DNA of 43,426 nt from a virus, in the IMG/VR virus record IMGVR_UViG_3300019458_000014, positions 1 through 43,426 of that record; one strand, given 5' to 3'. This document shows, piece after piece, positions 16,119-25,300 of the stretch. The stretch's first letter is position 1. Each line of letters opens with the position of its first letter. Made by a program: the position numbers and the translations under genes. The notes under the pieces are model-generated. The model was given only the letters and a program-made list of their open reading frames with translations, searched no databases and was not told the origin of the DNA.

Positions 16119-16775
16119 CTAGTCCACGAAGAAGTCGAGGTCCCCGACGGGCAGGCGAAGCGTGTCGCCGACGTTCACGATCTTGTTCGTCACCTTGAAG
16201 AGCACGCCCGTCCCAACCGCTGTGATGTTGACGGCGGCGCCCCCCGAGGTCGTCGCGAAGGTGAACGCATCGACCGTGAGGCCGCCGGAACGGACGAAGT
16301 ACAGCGTTCCCTCGGTGATCCCTGCCGGGAGCGCGACTGCGCCTCGCAGTGGCAGGAACACAACCCGGTCATCGGTCGTCAGGCCGTGGGTCGCCGACGA
16401 GATCGTGTCACCGGCGACGTCGTTGCCGCTGAACGCGCGCCGATGCCCGCCGGCCGGTTGCATGACAGCGGTCGCCATGCAGTTGCCGGCCGAGACGGCA
16501 TCCCAGATCGAGACGCCCCAGACACCGTCGCCAGTGACCGCGGGCATCCCGACGAAGTCCTCGATGTTCGTGTTCTGGGAAGCACCGGCTGCCGCGGCGT
16601 CGAGCTCGAGGGCCTGACGGGCGTAGGAGCCGCCGGCGACTTCGCTGGCACCGGTGTCCCCCGGATAGGCGGTGTGCAGGGCGACGTACACCGTGGTCGG
16701 AGGCGTGAAGGCGGCATTCCGGAAGATGTGGTCGATGACCGTGTTCTCACGGGCATCTGAGAGGCCGAGTGGCAT
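16119..16775 (-). CDS. Tail fibre/collar-like protein, 218 aa
   Basis: N-terminus LSDARENTVIDHIFRN...YVALHTAYPGDTGASEVAGGSYARQA resembles a block common in phage fibre-associated proteins. Confidence 0.5.
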   Translation of the reverse strand: MPLGLSDARENTVIDHIFRNAAFTPPTTVYVALHTAYPGDTGASEVAGGSYARQALELDAAAAGASQNTNIEDFVGMPAVTGDGVWGVSIWDAVSAGNCMATAVMQPAGGHRRAFSGNDVAGDTISSATHGLTTDDRVVFLPLRGAVALPAGITEGTLYFVRSGGLTVDAFTFATTSGGAAVNITAVGTGVLFKVTNKIVNVGDTLRLPVGDLDFFVD

Positions 16776-17051
16776 CTAACCGTCCACCGATCCGACCCGC
16801 ACGGGTCCGTCGGGTCCGGGTCCATAGACAGAATCCTGCTCGTAGACCTCCTCGGGGATCAGATAGCCGTTCACCACGAGGCCCTGCAGCCCCTCGAGCT
16901 TTTCAGCGAAGGGCACGGGATCGCCTGCAGCGAAGTGATACACGTCTTGGCGCCCATCCTCGTCGCGATCGCCGTGACCGATCGCGACAGCGCGACCGGC
17001 GACGAACAGTGATCGCTCCCAGAGCTCCGGTTCCCGCTCTTCCTCGGCCAT
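16776..17051 (-). CDS. Hypothetical acidic structural-module protein, 91 aa
   Basis: ORF track. TGATG overlap upstream. Confidence 0.6.
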   Translation of the reverse strand: MAEEEREPELWERSLFVAGRAVAIGHGDRDEDGRQDVYHFAAGDPVPFAEKLEGLQGLVVNGYLIPEEVYEQDSVYGPGPDGPVRVGSVDG

Positions 17052-17503
17052 CAGCCACCCGCTTCCCTGGCCGAGGCCGAGACCACGATTCCCACGGTCG
17101 GCGTCCCGCCCCCCGTCAAGGTCTGCAGCATCGTGACGGCCCGCATAAGCAGGCGCCCGGAGGCTACGTCCGAGAGGACCGCGGCGCCTGCCGCAGTCGT
17201 CAGGTTCGTGTCGGTCACGGCTGACTCGGCGGCTGCGGCCACAGATGGAAGGCGCGCGATCCGCTCGGCGCCCGCGCCGTCGAGGTCGGTCTGGTCGATG
17301 AATCGGGCGATGTCATGCCACACGACGCCATCGGTGGAGACCTGGATCTTCGCGCGGACGTTGATGGTGGCTGCGGCGGGGGCAACCGTGTATCGAAAGG
17401 TCCCGAGCACGCCCTCGGGCCCCACGTCCACCGGCACCGGCTGCCCGATGACCTGAGCCCCATCGACGCCCGTGAGGCCGGAGCGTTTCGCCAAGATCGT
17501 CAT
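17051..17503 (-). CDS. Structural protein, 150 aa
   Basis: MTILAKRSGLTGVDG... part of ORF 17051..17761. SD GAGGGAGG. ATGA overlap upstream. Confidence 0.6.
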   Translation of the reverse strand: MTILAKRSGLTGVDGAQVIGQPVPVDVGPEGVLGTFRYTVAPAAATINVRAKIQVSTDGVVWHDIARFIDQTDLDGAGAERIARLPSVAAAAESAVTDTNLTTAAGAAVLSDVASGRLLMRAVTMLQTLTGGGTPTVGIVVSASAREAGG

Positions 17504-18000
17504 GCGACCTCCCTCTCGAGGTTCGTGCGATCGGCCCGGAACGCGGCTTGGGCCTCGTCGGAGCGTCGCTTCGCGGCGTCGATCTGTCGTCGCTTGGTCC
17601 CCGCCGGCTGGGATCCCTCGTGGCGGACCTTGCGGTAGTCCTCGAGGCGCGAGTCCCAGCGACGGGTCTTGGCCGGATCCACCTGGCCGGCGCCCACCGT
17701 CCGGGTCGGGGTGTATCCGTTGTGCACCGAGCAGAGTCGGTCGCGGAAGCAGGCGCCGCACTCACGACCGTTCGCCGTGGCGGGTTCGCCACATCGGCAT
17801 CGGGGCACGGCGCTCATCGGCTCCATCGTCAGCGCCCGAGTCAAGCCGGCCCGGTGAAGCCAGCACAGGAAGATCCCGTCGATGAGCGCGAGATCGTCGA
17901 CCTCGACGCACGAGAGATGACCGCAACGCGCCATCGCGCGAGAAGGGGGCGCGTTGCGCTCGTCCTCCCAGAGATACGGCGGAGGCCAGCGGCGCCTCAT
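17500..18000 (-). CDS. Cys/His-rich protein in the structural module, 166 aa
   Basis: MRRRWPPPYLWED... part of ORF 17500..18354. ATGA overlaps at both ends. Confidence 0.55.
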   Translation of the reverse strand: MRRRWPPPYLWEDERNAPPSRAMARCGHLSCVEVDDLALIDGIFLCWLHRAGLTRALTMEPMSAVPRCRCGEPATANGRECGACFRDRLCSVHNGYTPTRTVGAGQVDPAKTRRWDSRLEDYRKVRHEGSQPAGTKRRQIDAAKRRSDEAQAAFRADRTNLEREVA

Positions 18001-18341
18001 CCGTCGATCCAGCCCGGCAGGTCCGTGCCCAAGCGCGTGTCGTCGACCGTCGCGATCCGCGCGGCGTAGCCGGCGGTCGTGATCGCGCTCACCTGAGCCG
18101 AGGTCAGCGGGCCGTTCCAGGTGCCACCGCGGTACTTGATGCCGCCCGCAGCCTCGCCTTGGGCCTGGTCGAGGTAGGCCACGCCGCCGGGTGTGATCCA
18201 GACGTCGCGGCCACGCCGCGTCCCGAAGAACAGCTGGCGGAACTTTGGGGTCTGTCGGTCGTAGCGACGGGTCGCGAAGGTCCCACGCACGATCGAGGTC
18301 GCTGCCTCGACGGGCGGCAAGAAGTACGAAGCGGTCGCCAC
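17997..18341 (-). CDS. Hypothetical head-associated protein, 114 aa
   Basis: ORF track. SD GGGAGGAGG before GTG 18341. Confidence 0.6.
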   Translation of the reverse strand: MATASYFLPPVEAATSIVRGTFATRRYDRQTPKFRQLFFGTRRGRDVWITPGGVAYLDQAQGEAAGGIKYRGGTWNGPLTSAQVSAITTAGYAARIATVDDTRLGTDLPGWIDG

Positions 18342-18360
18342 GGCCTCCTCCCACGGGGAA

Positions 18361-18386
18361 GGTGGGGGCGCCGGGGCACCCCCACC
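18361..18386 (-). terminator. GC hairpin (8-bp stem GGTGGGGG/CCCCCACC) just downstream of the capsid gene
   Basis: Read directly in the 58-nt gap after the capsid stop. Confidence 0.4.
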
Positions 18387-18399
18387 ACCCGCTCAGGGC

Positions 18400-19362
18400 T
18401 CAGTTCGCCCCGATGCTCGAGCTGGTCTCGTACCGGATGAGCGAGTTCTCTCGGATCCGGCCGTAGCCCAGGAGGGCGTACCAGCCGACCGAGATGAATC
18501 GCTGCAGGTCGTCGAACGGCCCGGAGATCACCACGTGCTGCGGGTCACCGACGCCCTCGCCGAGGGCCTGCTTGCCCGTGCAGATCGTCGCGTACACGTC
18601 GACGGTTCCGCCCACGCCCGCGTCGACGAAGATCCGCGCGTTGGGGTTCTCCACCCACCGGACCCCACCGAAGGCCCCGATCTCGCCCATGTACAGGGCG
18701 TTCGGGTCGGTGTTGCCGTGTGGGTAGGACCACGCCTGCTGCCCGCTCTCCGCCTGCAGGTCGTAGGACACGTCCGGGTGACCGAACGCGACGTACAGCA
18801 TCGACCCCGGAGGGGGCGGCGTGTTCTTGCCCGCCAAGAACGCCCGGGCCCGGCGGATGTTGTTGCCGGCGAGCGTGTGGCCAGCCGCCACGGTCACCCG
18901 GGAGGTCGCCGCCCCGCCGTAGAGCACGTTGGTCCCGGCGACCAGCACATCGCGAGCGATGAGGTCGACGGACTCCTCCATGTTCTGGGCGATCTCCTGC
19001 GGGACCGCCAGGTCCAGCGACAGGAACGAGGTCAGGCGGAGCTTCCGCGTGTGCTTGACCGCGTTGCCCTGCTCGACCAGGGTCACGGTCTTTTGGGTGT
19101 CGGCCATGTTGACGGCCGCCGGCTCGGTGCCCTCAGCGAGCGCAGTCGTCGCCGGAGCCAGGGCACTGATGAGCGTGAACGTCACAGCGTTGCCAGGCAT
19201 CGGCTCCGCCCCGCGACCACCGGCCCACTTCACGTCCGCCACACGGCGGTACACGAAGCCGGCTCGGAAGGCCATCAGCGCGGCGGTCTGGAACACCGTC
19301 TTTACGGTGTCGCCACCGATGAACCCGGCACCATCGGTTGTAAGCATCGATGGAGCAGGCAT
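18400..19362 (-). CDS. Major capsid protein (HK97-fold type), 320 aa
   Basis: Size, position after the scaffold, strong SD GGGAGGAGGAG. C-terminal FDDLQRFISVGWYALLGYG-type block is typical of HK97-like capsids. Confidence 0.8.
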   Translation of the reverse strand: MPAPSMLTTDGAGFIGGDTVKTVFQTAALMAFRAGFVYRRVADVKWAGGRGAEPMPGNAVTFTLISALAPATTALAEGTEPAAVNMADTQKTVTLVEQGNAVKHTRKLRLTSFLSLDLAVPQEIAQNMEESVDLIARDVLVAGTNVLYGGAATSRVTVAAGHTLAGNNIRRARAFLAGKNTPPPPGSMLYVAFGHPDVSYDLQAESGQQAWSYPHGNTDPNALYMGEIGAFGGVRWVENPNARIFVDAGVGGTVDVYATICTGKQALGEGVGDPQHVVISGPFDDLQRFISVGWYALLGYGRIRENSLIRYETSSSIGAN

Positions 19363-19398
19363 CTTCGACTCCTCCTCCCGGAAGAGTCGAGACCTCGG

Positions 19399-19965
19399 TT
19401 AGGGGGCCTGCTCCTCGCGGGCTTTGGCTAGCTCTTCGGACTGGAGGGCGCCGAGCTTCTCCCAGGCCACGTGCGGCGGGTTCTCGGCGGCGATCCGCGC
19501 GACCTTCTGGTCGTAGGACTCGCCTCCACCCGCCCCTGTCGGCGCGACGCCCGGGTAGGGAGCTGCCCCCCCAGCGGCCATCGCGTCTTGAGCGGCCTGA
19601 GCGGCTGGATCGGGGACCGGCGTCGGCTGCTGGGGCTGAGCGGCCGGCTGGGCCGGAGGCTCACCCGTCGGCGCGGGCGTCGGAGTCGGTGCCGGCTGAG
19701 CCGGTTGCGTGGCCTTGGCCTCCTCAGCGAGCTTGGACGCGAATGTGGCCTGTTTGTCTAGGTCTTGTCCGGCCAGGAGCTCGATCTGCGTCGGCGTAAG
19801 GCCGTGCGTCGCTCCGAGTGCCTGCGCCTGCAGCTGTCGGTTCTTCTCCCGCAGCTCGGCGTTCTCTCGCTTGAGGGCCTCGTCGGGCCCGGGGGGCGGA
19901 GTCCCCGTCGCACCTGCCCCTTGGTCGTACCCGCCTTGCGGGTCGCCCGGTGGGTCGGTCTGCAT
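19399..19965 (-). CDS. Scaffolding protein, 188 aa
   Basis: Coiled-coil (LKRENAELREKNRQLQAQ) plus Pro/Ala/Gln low complexity. Directly upstream of the capsid gene. SD AAGGAGG. Confidence 0.65.
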   Translation of the reverse strand: MQTDPPGDPQGGYDQGAGATGTPPPGPDEALKRENAELREKNRQLQAQALGATHGLTPTQIELLAGQDLDKQATFASKLAEEAKATQPAQPAPTPTPAPTGEPPAQPAAQPQQPTPVPDPAAQAAQDAMAAGGAAPYPGVAPTGAGGGESYDQKVARIAAENPPHVAWEKLGALQSEELAKAREEQAP

Positions 19966-20254
19966 GATGCACCGGCCTCCTTGAGGTCGATCGGCGGGCT
20001 TCCCGCCGGGGCGGTCGTTCCGCCCTCGGCATCAGGCTCGCCGGACGTGTCAAGCAGACCGGGCCCAGAAGAAAGTTCAAGATTCTTTTCTCGCAGGTCA
20101 GACAGGGTCTCGGAGTCTGAATTGAGCCCTTTGTCGGGCGAGACCGCCTGCGAGGCAGGTGTCAAGTTTCCTGCACGGCTCACATCGTCGCAGGTCACAG
20201 GCCTGTCCGAGCCCATATCTGCTGGCCCAGAGGCGATTTCCGCTGCCCCGTTTT

Positions 20255-20299
20255 TAGAATGGTGGGTAGGTCCGGCGTGGGATCGGACCAGAAAGGAGG
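20255..20299 (+). promoter_or_regulatory. -10-like TAGAAT (20255-20260) and strong SD AAAGGAGG (20292-20299) for the reverse-oriented gene
   Basis: Read directly in a locally less GC-rich stretch. The -35 is weak. Confidence 0.4.
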
Positions 20300-20304
20300 T
20301 CGGG

Positions 20305-20655
20305 ATGCCGACCGAGATGGAGCCGGAGATGGAGCGGCTGACGGCGTTGATGAACGCCAGTCTGGCCAGGGTGGTGGCGCGCTGGAACGGCTCCGCCCGG
20401 CAGGCGAGGTGGGACTGCGAGGATGGCTGGGTCACGGCCTACACGACCGAGCGCGTGCGCGGTGGACCACACGATGGCCGGTTCGTGACGATGCTCTACA
20501 AGCCGACAGGCAAGGGCTCGCGATCGGGCAAGGCGAGCGAGTGGACGCGGACCTACCTGCGGGCCTTCTCCACGCGCAAAGCTGCACGCCGGCGCGCTGA
20601 GACCCTGTTCTACCAGCACTCGCCCAGGAGAGCGGCACGACACGGGAGGAGCTAG
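20305..20655 (+). CDS. Reverse-oriented 'moron' protein, 116 aa, unknown function
   Basis: MPTEMEPEMERLTALMNAS... part of ORF 19765..20655. ATG follows AAAGGAGG by 5 nt. Confidence 0.65.
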   Translation: MPTEMEPEMERLTALMNASLARVVARWNGSARQARWDCEDGWVTAYTTERVRGGPHDGRFVTMLYKPTGKGSRSGKASEWTRTYLRAFSTRKAARRRAETLFYQHSPRRAARHGRS

Positions 20656-21956
20656 AGACCCTCCCTCGCCGCGGCGTACTGAGGCGCTCCGGCCTGAGCA
20701 CCCACGAGCCGCTGTCCGACCAGCGCGTTCCGGTTCCGGGTGATCTGATCAAGCGTCCCTCGGAGGTTCCGCGGATCCGCACCCGACTCGAGCACGGCGA
20801 GGTCCGCATCGGAGATGCCAGCGGCCCGGAGCTCCGGCGCGATGAAGTCCTTGATGGCCCGCACCTTCGCGACGAGGTCCGTGAGGTCCACGATCTCGCC
20901 ATGAGCGCCGATCTGACGTGACGCAGCTACCGCCTGACGCGCGTTGATGGCCAGGTCGTCGGTTGCCTGCAGGGTGGCCGCCTCGTAGATGTTGGCGATT
21001 CGCGCGTTGGGCTTCCTGGCCACGTAGTCAGCCCATTCCTTCATGCCCACCGGATCTTGCCCCATCGCCCGGAGCGTGCGGTTGATGGCCTGACGGAACG
21101 GCTCGCGGATCTTCGCCTCACGGATCACGTTGGCCTCGAACGCCCACTCGTCGGGGGACTTGTTGTTGCCGATGAGCGCCCCGATCAGGCGCCGGTCGAC
21201 CCGGATGCCGTACTCGCGAGCGATGTCGGCGTAGCCGTTCGGGCCATAGGCGACCCGGATGTACTCGGCCGGCGTCATCTTGAGCGAACCGTCGGCGTTG
21301 AAGATGCCGGGGAAGGTGCGCTGGAACACCTTGGACTCGTACACCGCCGCCTCGACCTCGTAGACCGACCACTGGCCCCGGATCGCCTGCTCGACGAGCG
21401 GCATGAACTGGTCGGGTGAGAGACCGAGACCTCGCAAGATCCCCCGGAGCTCGCCGCGGGTGAGATCGTCCCCGCCCTTGGCCCAGCCGGGGACCCCACC
21501 TCCACCACCGCCGCCACCACCAGCCGGACCCAGGTTCTTGAGGGCCCCGGCGACCTCGGCCTGCGAGGACCGCGAGAGGGACGCGGCCCGGCCGGCGCCG
21601 ATCAGGTTCCCCCACGAGACCGCGCGGGCCAGCACCCGGTCGTTGGAGGACGAAGCGTCGATCATCTTCCCGTTCCCGATGTAGACGCCCATGTGATCGG
21701 CCTGCCCCTCGCCGAGCCGCCCGAAGTTGAAGAAGAGCAGGTCGCCCGGGCGGAGCTTCTGAGTGTTCGCACCGGGGAACGTCTGGTAGTAGCCGTTGGC
21801 GGTCGACCGCGGGACGTTGACGCCGGCGCGCGAGAGCGCCCACCACACGAGACCCGAGCAGTCGAACTGCCGCGGACCCTCCGAGCCGAACGTGTAGCCC
21901 TTGCCGAGCTGCCGGCGGAGGATCCGGAGGAACCGCGCGACCGAGGCGTCGGCCAT
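20652..21956 (-). CDS. NlpC/P60 cysteine peptidase domain protein with about 280-aa C-terminal domain, 434 aa (virion-associated cell-wall hydrolase candidate)
   Basis: FDCSGLVWWAL (Cys) and DHMGVYIGNGKMIDASS (His) are NlpC/P60 catalytic blocks. Confidence 0.8.
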   Translation of the reverse strand: MADASVARFLRILRRQLGKGYTFGSEGPRQFDCSGLVWWALSRAGVNVPRSTANGYYQTFPGANTQKLRPGDLLFFNFGRLGEGQADHMGVYIGNGKMIDASSSNDRVLARAVSWGNLIGAGRAASLSRSSQAEVAGALKNLGPAGGGGGGGGGVPGWAKGGDDLTRGELRGILRGLGLSPDQFMPLVEQAIRGQWSVYEVEAAVYESKVFQRTFPGIFNADGSLKMTPAEYIRVAYGPNGYADIAREYGIRVDRRLIGALIGNNKSPDEWAFEANVIREAKIREPFRQAINRTLRAMGQDPVGMKEWADYVARKPNARIANIYEAATLQATDDLAINARQAVAASRQIGAHGEIVDLTDLVAKVRAIKDFIAPELRAAGISDADLAVLESGADPRNLRGTLDQITRNRNALVGQRLVGAQAGAPQYAAAREGL

Positions 21957-22349
21957 CTATCTCCGCCCCATCAGTCGCGCGATCGTAGCGGCGACCTCGG
22001 CGCCCTTGTCACGCCAGTACTGCGTGCGTTCGACGCCCTGACTTCCGAGCAGCGAGTCGTAGATCTCGAAGTCCGACAAGTGCTGGACGTTCTTCCACCA
22101 GCCCTTCGGCGGGAGCCGCCCCCAGACCTCGTAGTAGATGCGCTCCGCCCGCGGCTTGTCGGGATCCTCGGGCTGCGACGCTGGGCCCTGCCCGGCCGCA
22201 ATGATGGCGGCGACATCTTCGGGAGTCAGCTCGAACGCAGGCGGCTGCGTCCCGCTCGTGCCCTCGTCCCCCGGCGTACCAGCCGGGGGCATGCCGGTCG
22301 TCCCGACGCCGTGTCCAGTCGGTCCAAGCTCCTCTGGCCTCGTGCTCAC
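21957..22349 (-). CDS. Hypothetical virion-module protein, 130 aa
   Basis: ORF track. GTGA overlap with the giant gene. Shares the TGHGVGTTGM decapeptide with it. Confidence 0.65.
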   Translation of the reverse strand: MSTRPEELGPTGHGVGTTGMPPAGTPGDEGTSGTQPPAFELTPEDVAAIIAAGQGPASQPEDPDKPRAERIYYEVWGRLPPKGWWKNVQHLSDFEIYDSLLGSQGVERTQYWRDKGAEVAATIARLMGRR

Positions 22350-25300
22350 TCAGGCACCCCCCCGAGGCGATACCAGGTGTTCGGGATGAAGATCTCGAGC
22401 GCGGAGTCCGGCCCGTTCTCCTTGTCGAGCCAATCCCACTCGGCGCGGAACACCGGGGAGGCCTCCCTCAGCTGGTTCACGTAGCTCCTGACCGACTCGA
22501 TCATGGTGCGGTAGGCGATCGCCTTGGTCGCGGTGTCCTCGAGCCCGTGCAGGTCCGCCCGCTCCACCACGCCTTGAACCTGCCGCACAGCGTCAAGCAG
22601 TCCGTCCCAGTACGGGCGCGCCTCCTCGGCTCCGATGAACCCCCACGTGTCGTCGCGTCGGTTGAGGACCTGCTCGAAGCTCCACCCCCAGGTGTTGGCG
22701 TGGGCGACCTGCGCGGCGAACACCGGATCCGCCGCGGTCTGCTGGCGTATCCACGAGTCGAGCGCCGCATAGGCCCTCGTCGAGGAGAAGGCGGGGTCGG
22801 TCGCCTCCTGCTCAGCAATCGCGAGCCGGACCTGCTCGTACATGCCCCAGAGCTGCTCGGCGCCGGCCGAGGTCTGCTCCCCGAGGACGGTCTCGTGGTC
22901 GAACCGGCTGTTGAACTGGTAGGAGCGTGCCACGAGCGAGAGCAGGTAGCCCTCCCTCTCGGACGGTGACCAGGTTTCCCACCGAAGGATCATCGGGTTC
23001 TGCTTGGTCGAGAAGGCGTCATAGGACCCGTTCACCCAGGCACGAAGAGCTGCGTAGGCAGCGTTCCGCTCCTCCTCGGGACCCGAGAGGTCAATCGCGG
23101 CGCGAAGCTCCTCCATCTCGGACCACCACGGGTTGATCTTCTCGTCGTAGGCGGCCTCCGGGATCGCGTCGAGCAGCCGGTCACCGACCGTTCTGACGCC
23201 AGCTTTGAGCGCCCGGTCGAAGAACAGGCGATAGGCCTGCTCGCCCTGAGGGAAAGCGAGTCCGAGGATCTTGAGGCCCTTCTCCCAGTCGGCCACGATG
23301 CCCAGGCGCTCCGCCGTCTTGGACTCGAGCGTTCGGAGGTTCGCCTCCGACAGTCGATCACGGGTGAGGTCGAACAGGGGTAGGAAGCCCCGAAGCCACT
23401 GACCGACCTCGGTCTTGGAGAAGAGCTTGTCCTTCGCAAGCTCGCGGGCGATGGCCATGACCCGACTCTCCACCTGTTCGGACGAGTGGGAGTCGAAATC
23501 GGTCCGCCACGCGGGGTACAGGTCGCGGATCTCCTTGAGCGCGGCGTCGTGGTCGTTCTTGAGCTCGTCGTAGCCGGGATCGCCCTCCCCGATCCGCTGC
23601 TGGGCCAGGGCATCCACGAGCGCCCGATACCGCGCGTCCTCGGTGAAGAACGCGTCCCAGCCGGACTGCCGCTCGCCCTCGGCGATGAACTCCTCTGGCG
23701 AGCGAACGTGTCGCAGCCCCGCGGCGATCTGCGAGAAGAAGATGCCCGGGTCGAACTTGCCCTCCTCGTACAGCTCACGCGGGATGATCGCCCACACCCA
23801 TTCCGGGTGAAGCTGGGCGAACTCGCGGGCGCCCTTGGTCGACAGGAGCTCGGCGACCGCGCGGTTGGCCGGGATCGGGACCGGCGATGCGAGGGGATCG
23901 TTCGGATCGTCCGCGTCCCAGAAGGTTCGGGCGATCGTCATCAGCCGGAGATCCTCGTGCGTGGCCATGAATCGAGTGCGGCCCTCGAGCGGGCCGTGCA
24001 GCTCGATCAGCGATCGGTACTCGCGCTCGAGGTCGACCGTCGGGAACTCGACCTTGGGCGCTGCGGGGAACACCCACGCGAAGAACATCCGCGCCGCTGC
24101 GAGCTTCCGGGACTGCCTGCGAGCGAGCTCGGGGTTCGGCTCAAGGCCCATCGCCTCCTGGAGCTGCAGGAAGTGGGTCGCGTTGAAATCAGCCGTATTC
24201 CGCGCGGTGTCCGGGAAGGCCGTCTCGATCCCGTAGCGGAGCCAGGCCGGGAGCAGGGCCTCTGGCTGGACGACATTGATGTCTCCGAACTGGAAGAGCC
24301 ACGACTCCACGCGTGCTTTCAGCCGAGCGTTCACGTTCGAGGAGGCGAGCCAGTTCTGCATGGCCATCTGGAACGGCGGCGCGAGCGAGGGCACCGGGAT
24401 CGGGAACTCTGTGCCGGCGAAACCCCCGAGGTTCACCGGGAAGGCACCTTGGGCGAACAGGTTGAAGCTCGACAGGTTGGCCATGAGCTCCCACCCGCCG
24501 CCGGCACCGGGCTTGAGCCGTCCCCCGGTGAACGCCGCGAGGAGCGGAGCGGCGCCGGCCCACCACGAGAGCGGGATCACGAGCTCCCCGGTCTCCGGGT
24601 CGCGCTTGACGAACCCCGACTGCATGGCGTTCCGCCCGAGGCGGAGCGCGTGCCCGAGGACCTCGGGGCGCTGACGGATGATCCGCGACCACACGAGCGG
24701 GAACTCGAGGAAGGGCTGCACGAATACCAGGCCGAAGCGGGTCATCTCCTCGAACCGACCGGTCCGCGAGAAGTCGAACATGATGCGCCGGACCTGCGAG
24801 ATGCCCTGCTGCCGTGCGGTCTCGCGGAAGCCGGGTAGCCCCCGCTGGATCTGCTCGGCTGACCACCCCATCTCGCGCGCGTTCTCCACGAGCGAGCGGT
24901 AGGTGACGTCGTACCAGTGCTTGAAGTAGGGCTGGCGCGAAAGCGTATTCGTCGGGGTCTGCAGGATCAGCCGGCCCATGATGTCTCGGGCTCGCTTGAA
25001 CGGTCCAACCTGCCCCGTGAAGAACTCGGCCATCTCGGGGCCGTGCACGAAGAGCGGCTTTTCGCCCTGCGGGATCGCTCTCAGCACGGAGATGTCGAGC
25101 TGGTTCACCGCGGCGGCCGAGGCGAGCTCGGAATGCCCGGCCGTGATGTCCTCGGCGTAGGCGGCCGCCCGGCGGACCTCGAACTCGAGCAGGTCGTCGG
25201 TGACCTCCTCGGCACCGTGCAGCAGGCCCTTCGCGTAGGACGGGCCCTCCCCGCGCGTGTCCTTGAGCCAGCGCATGATGTCGTCGACGATGTCCTCGGT

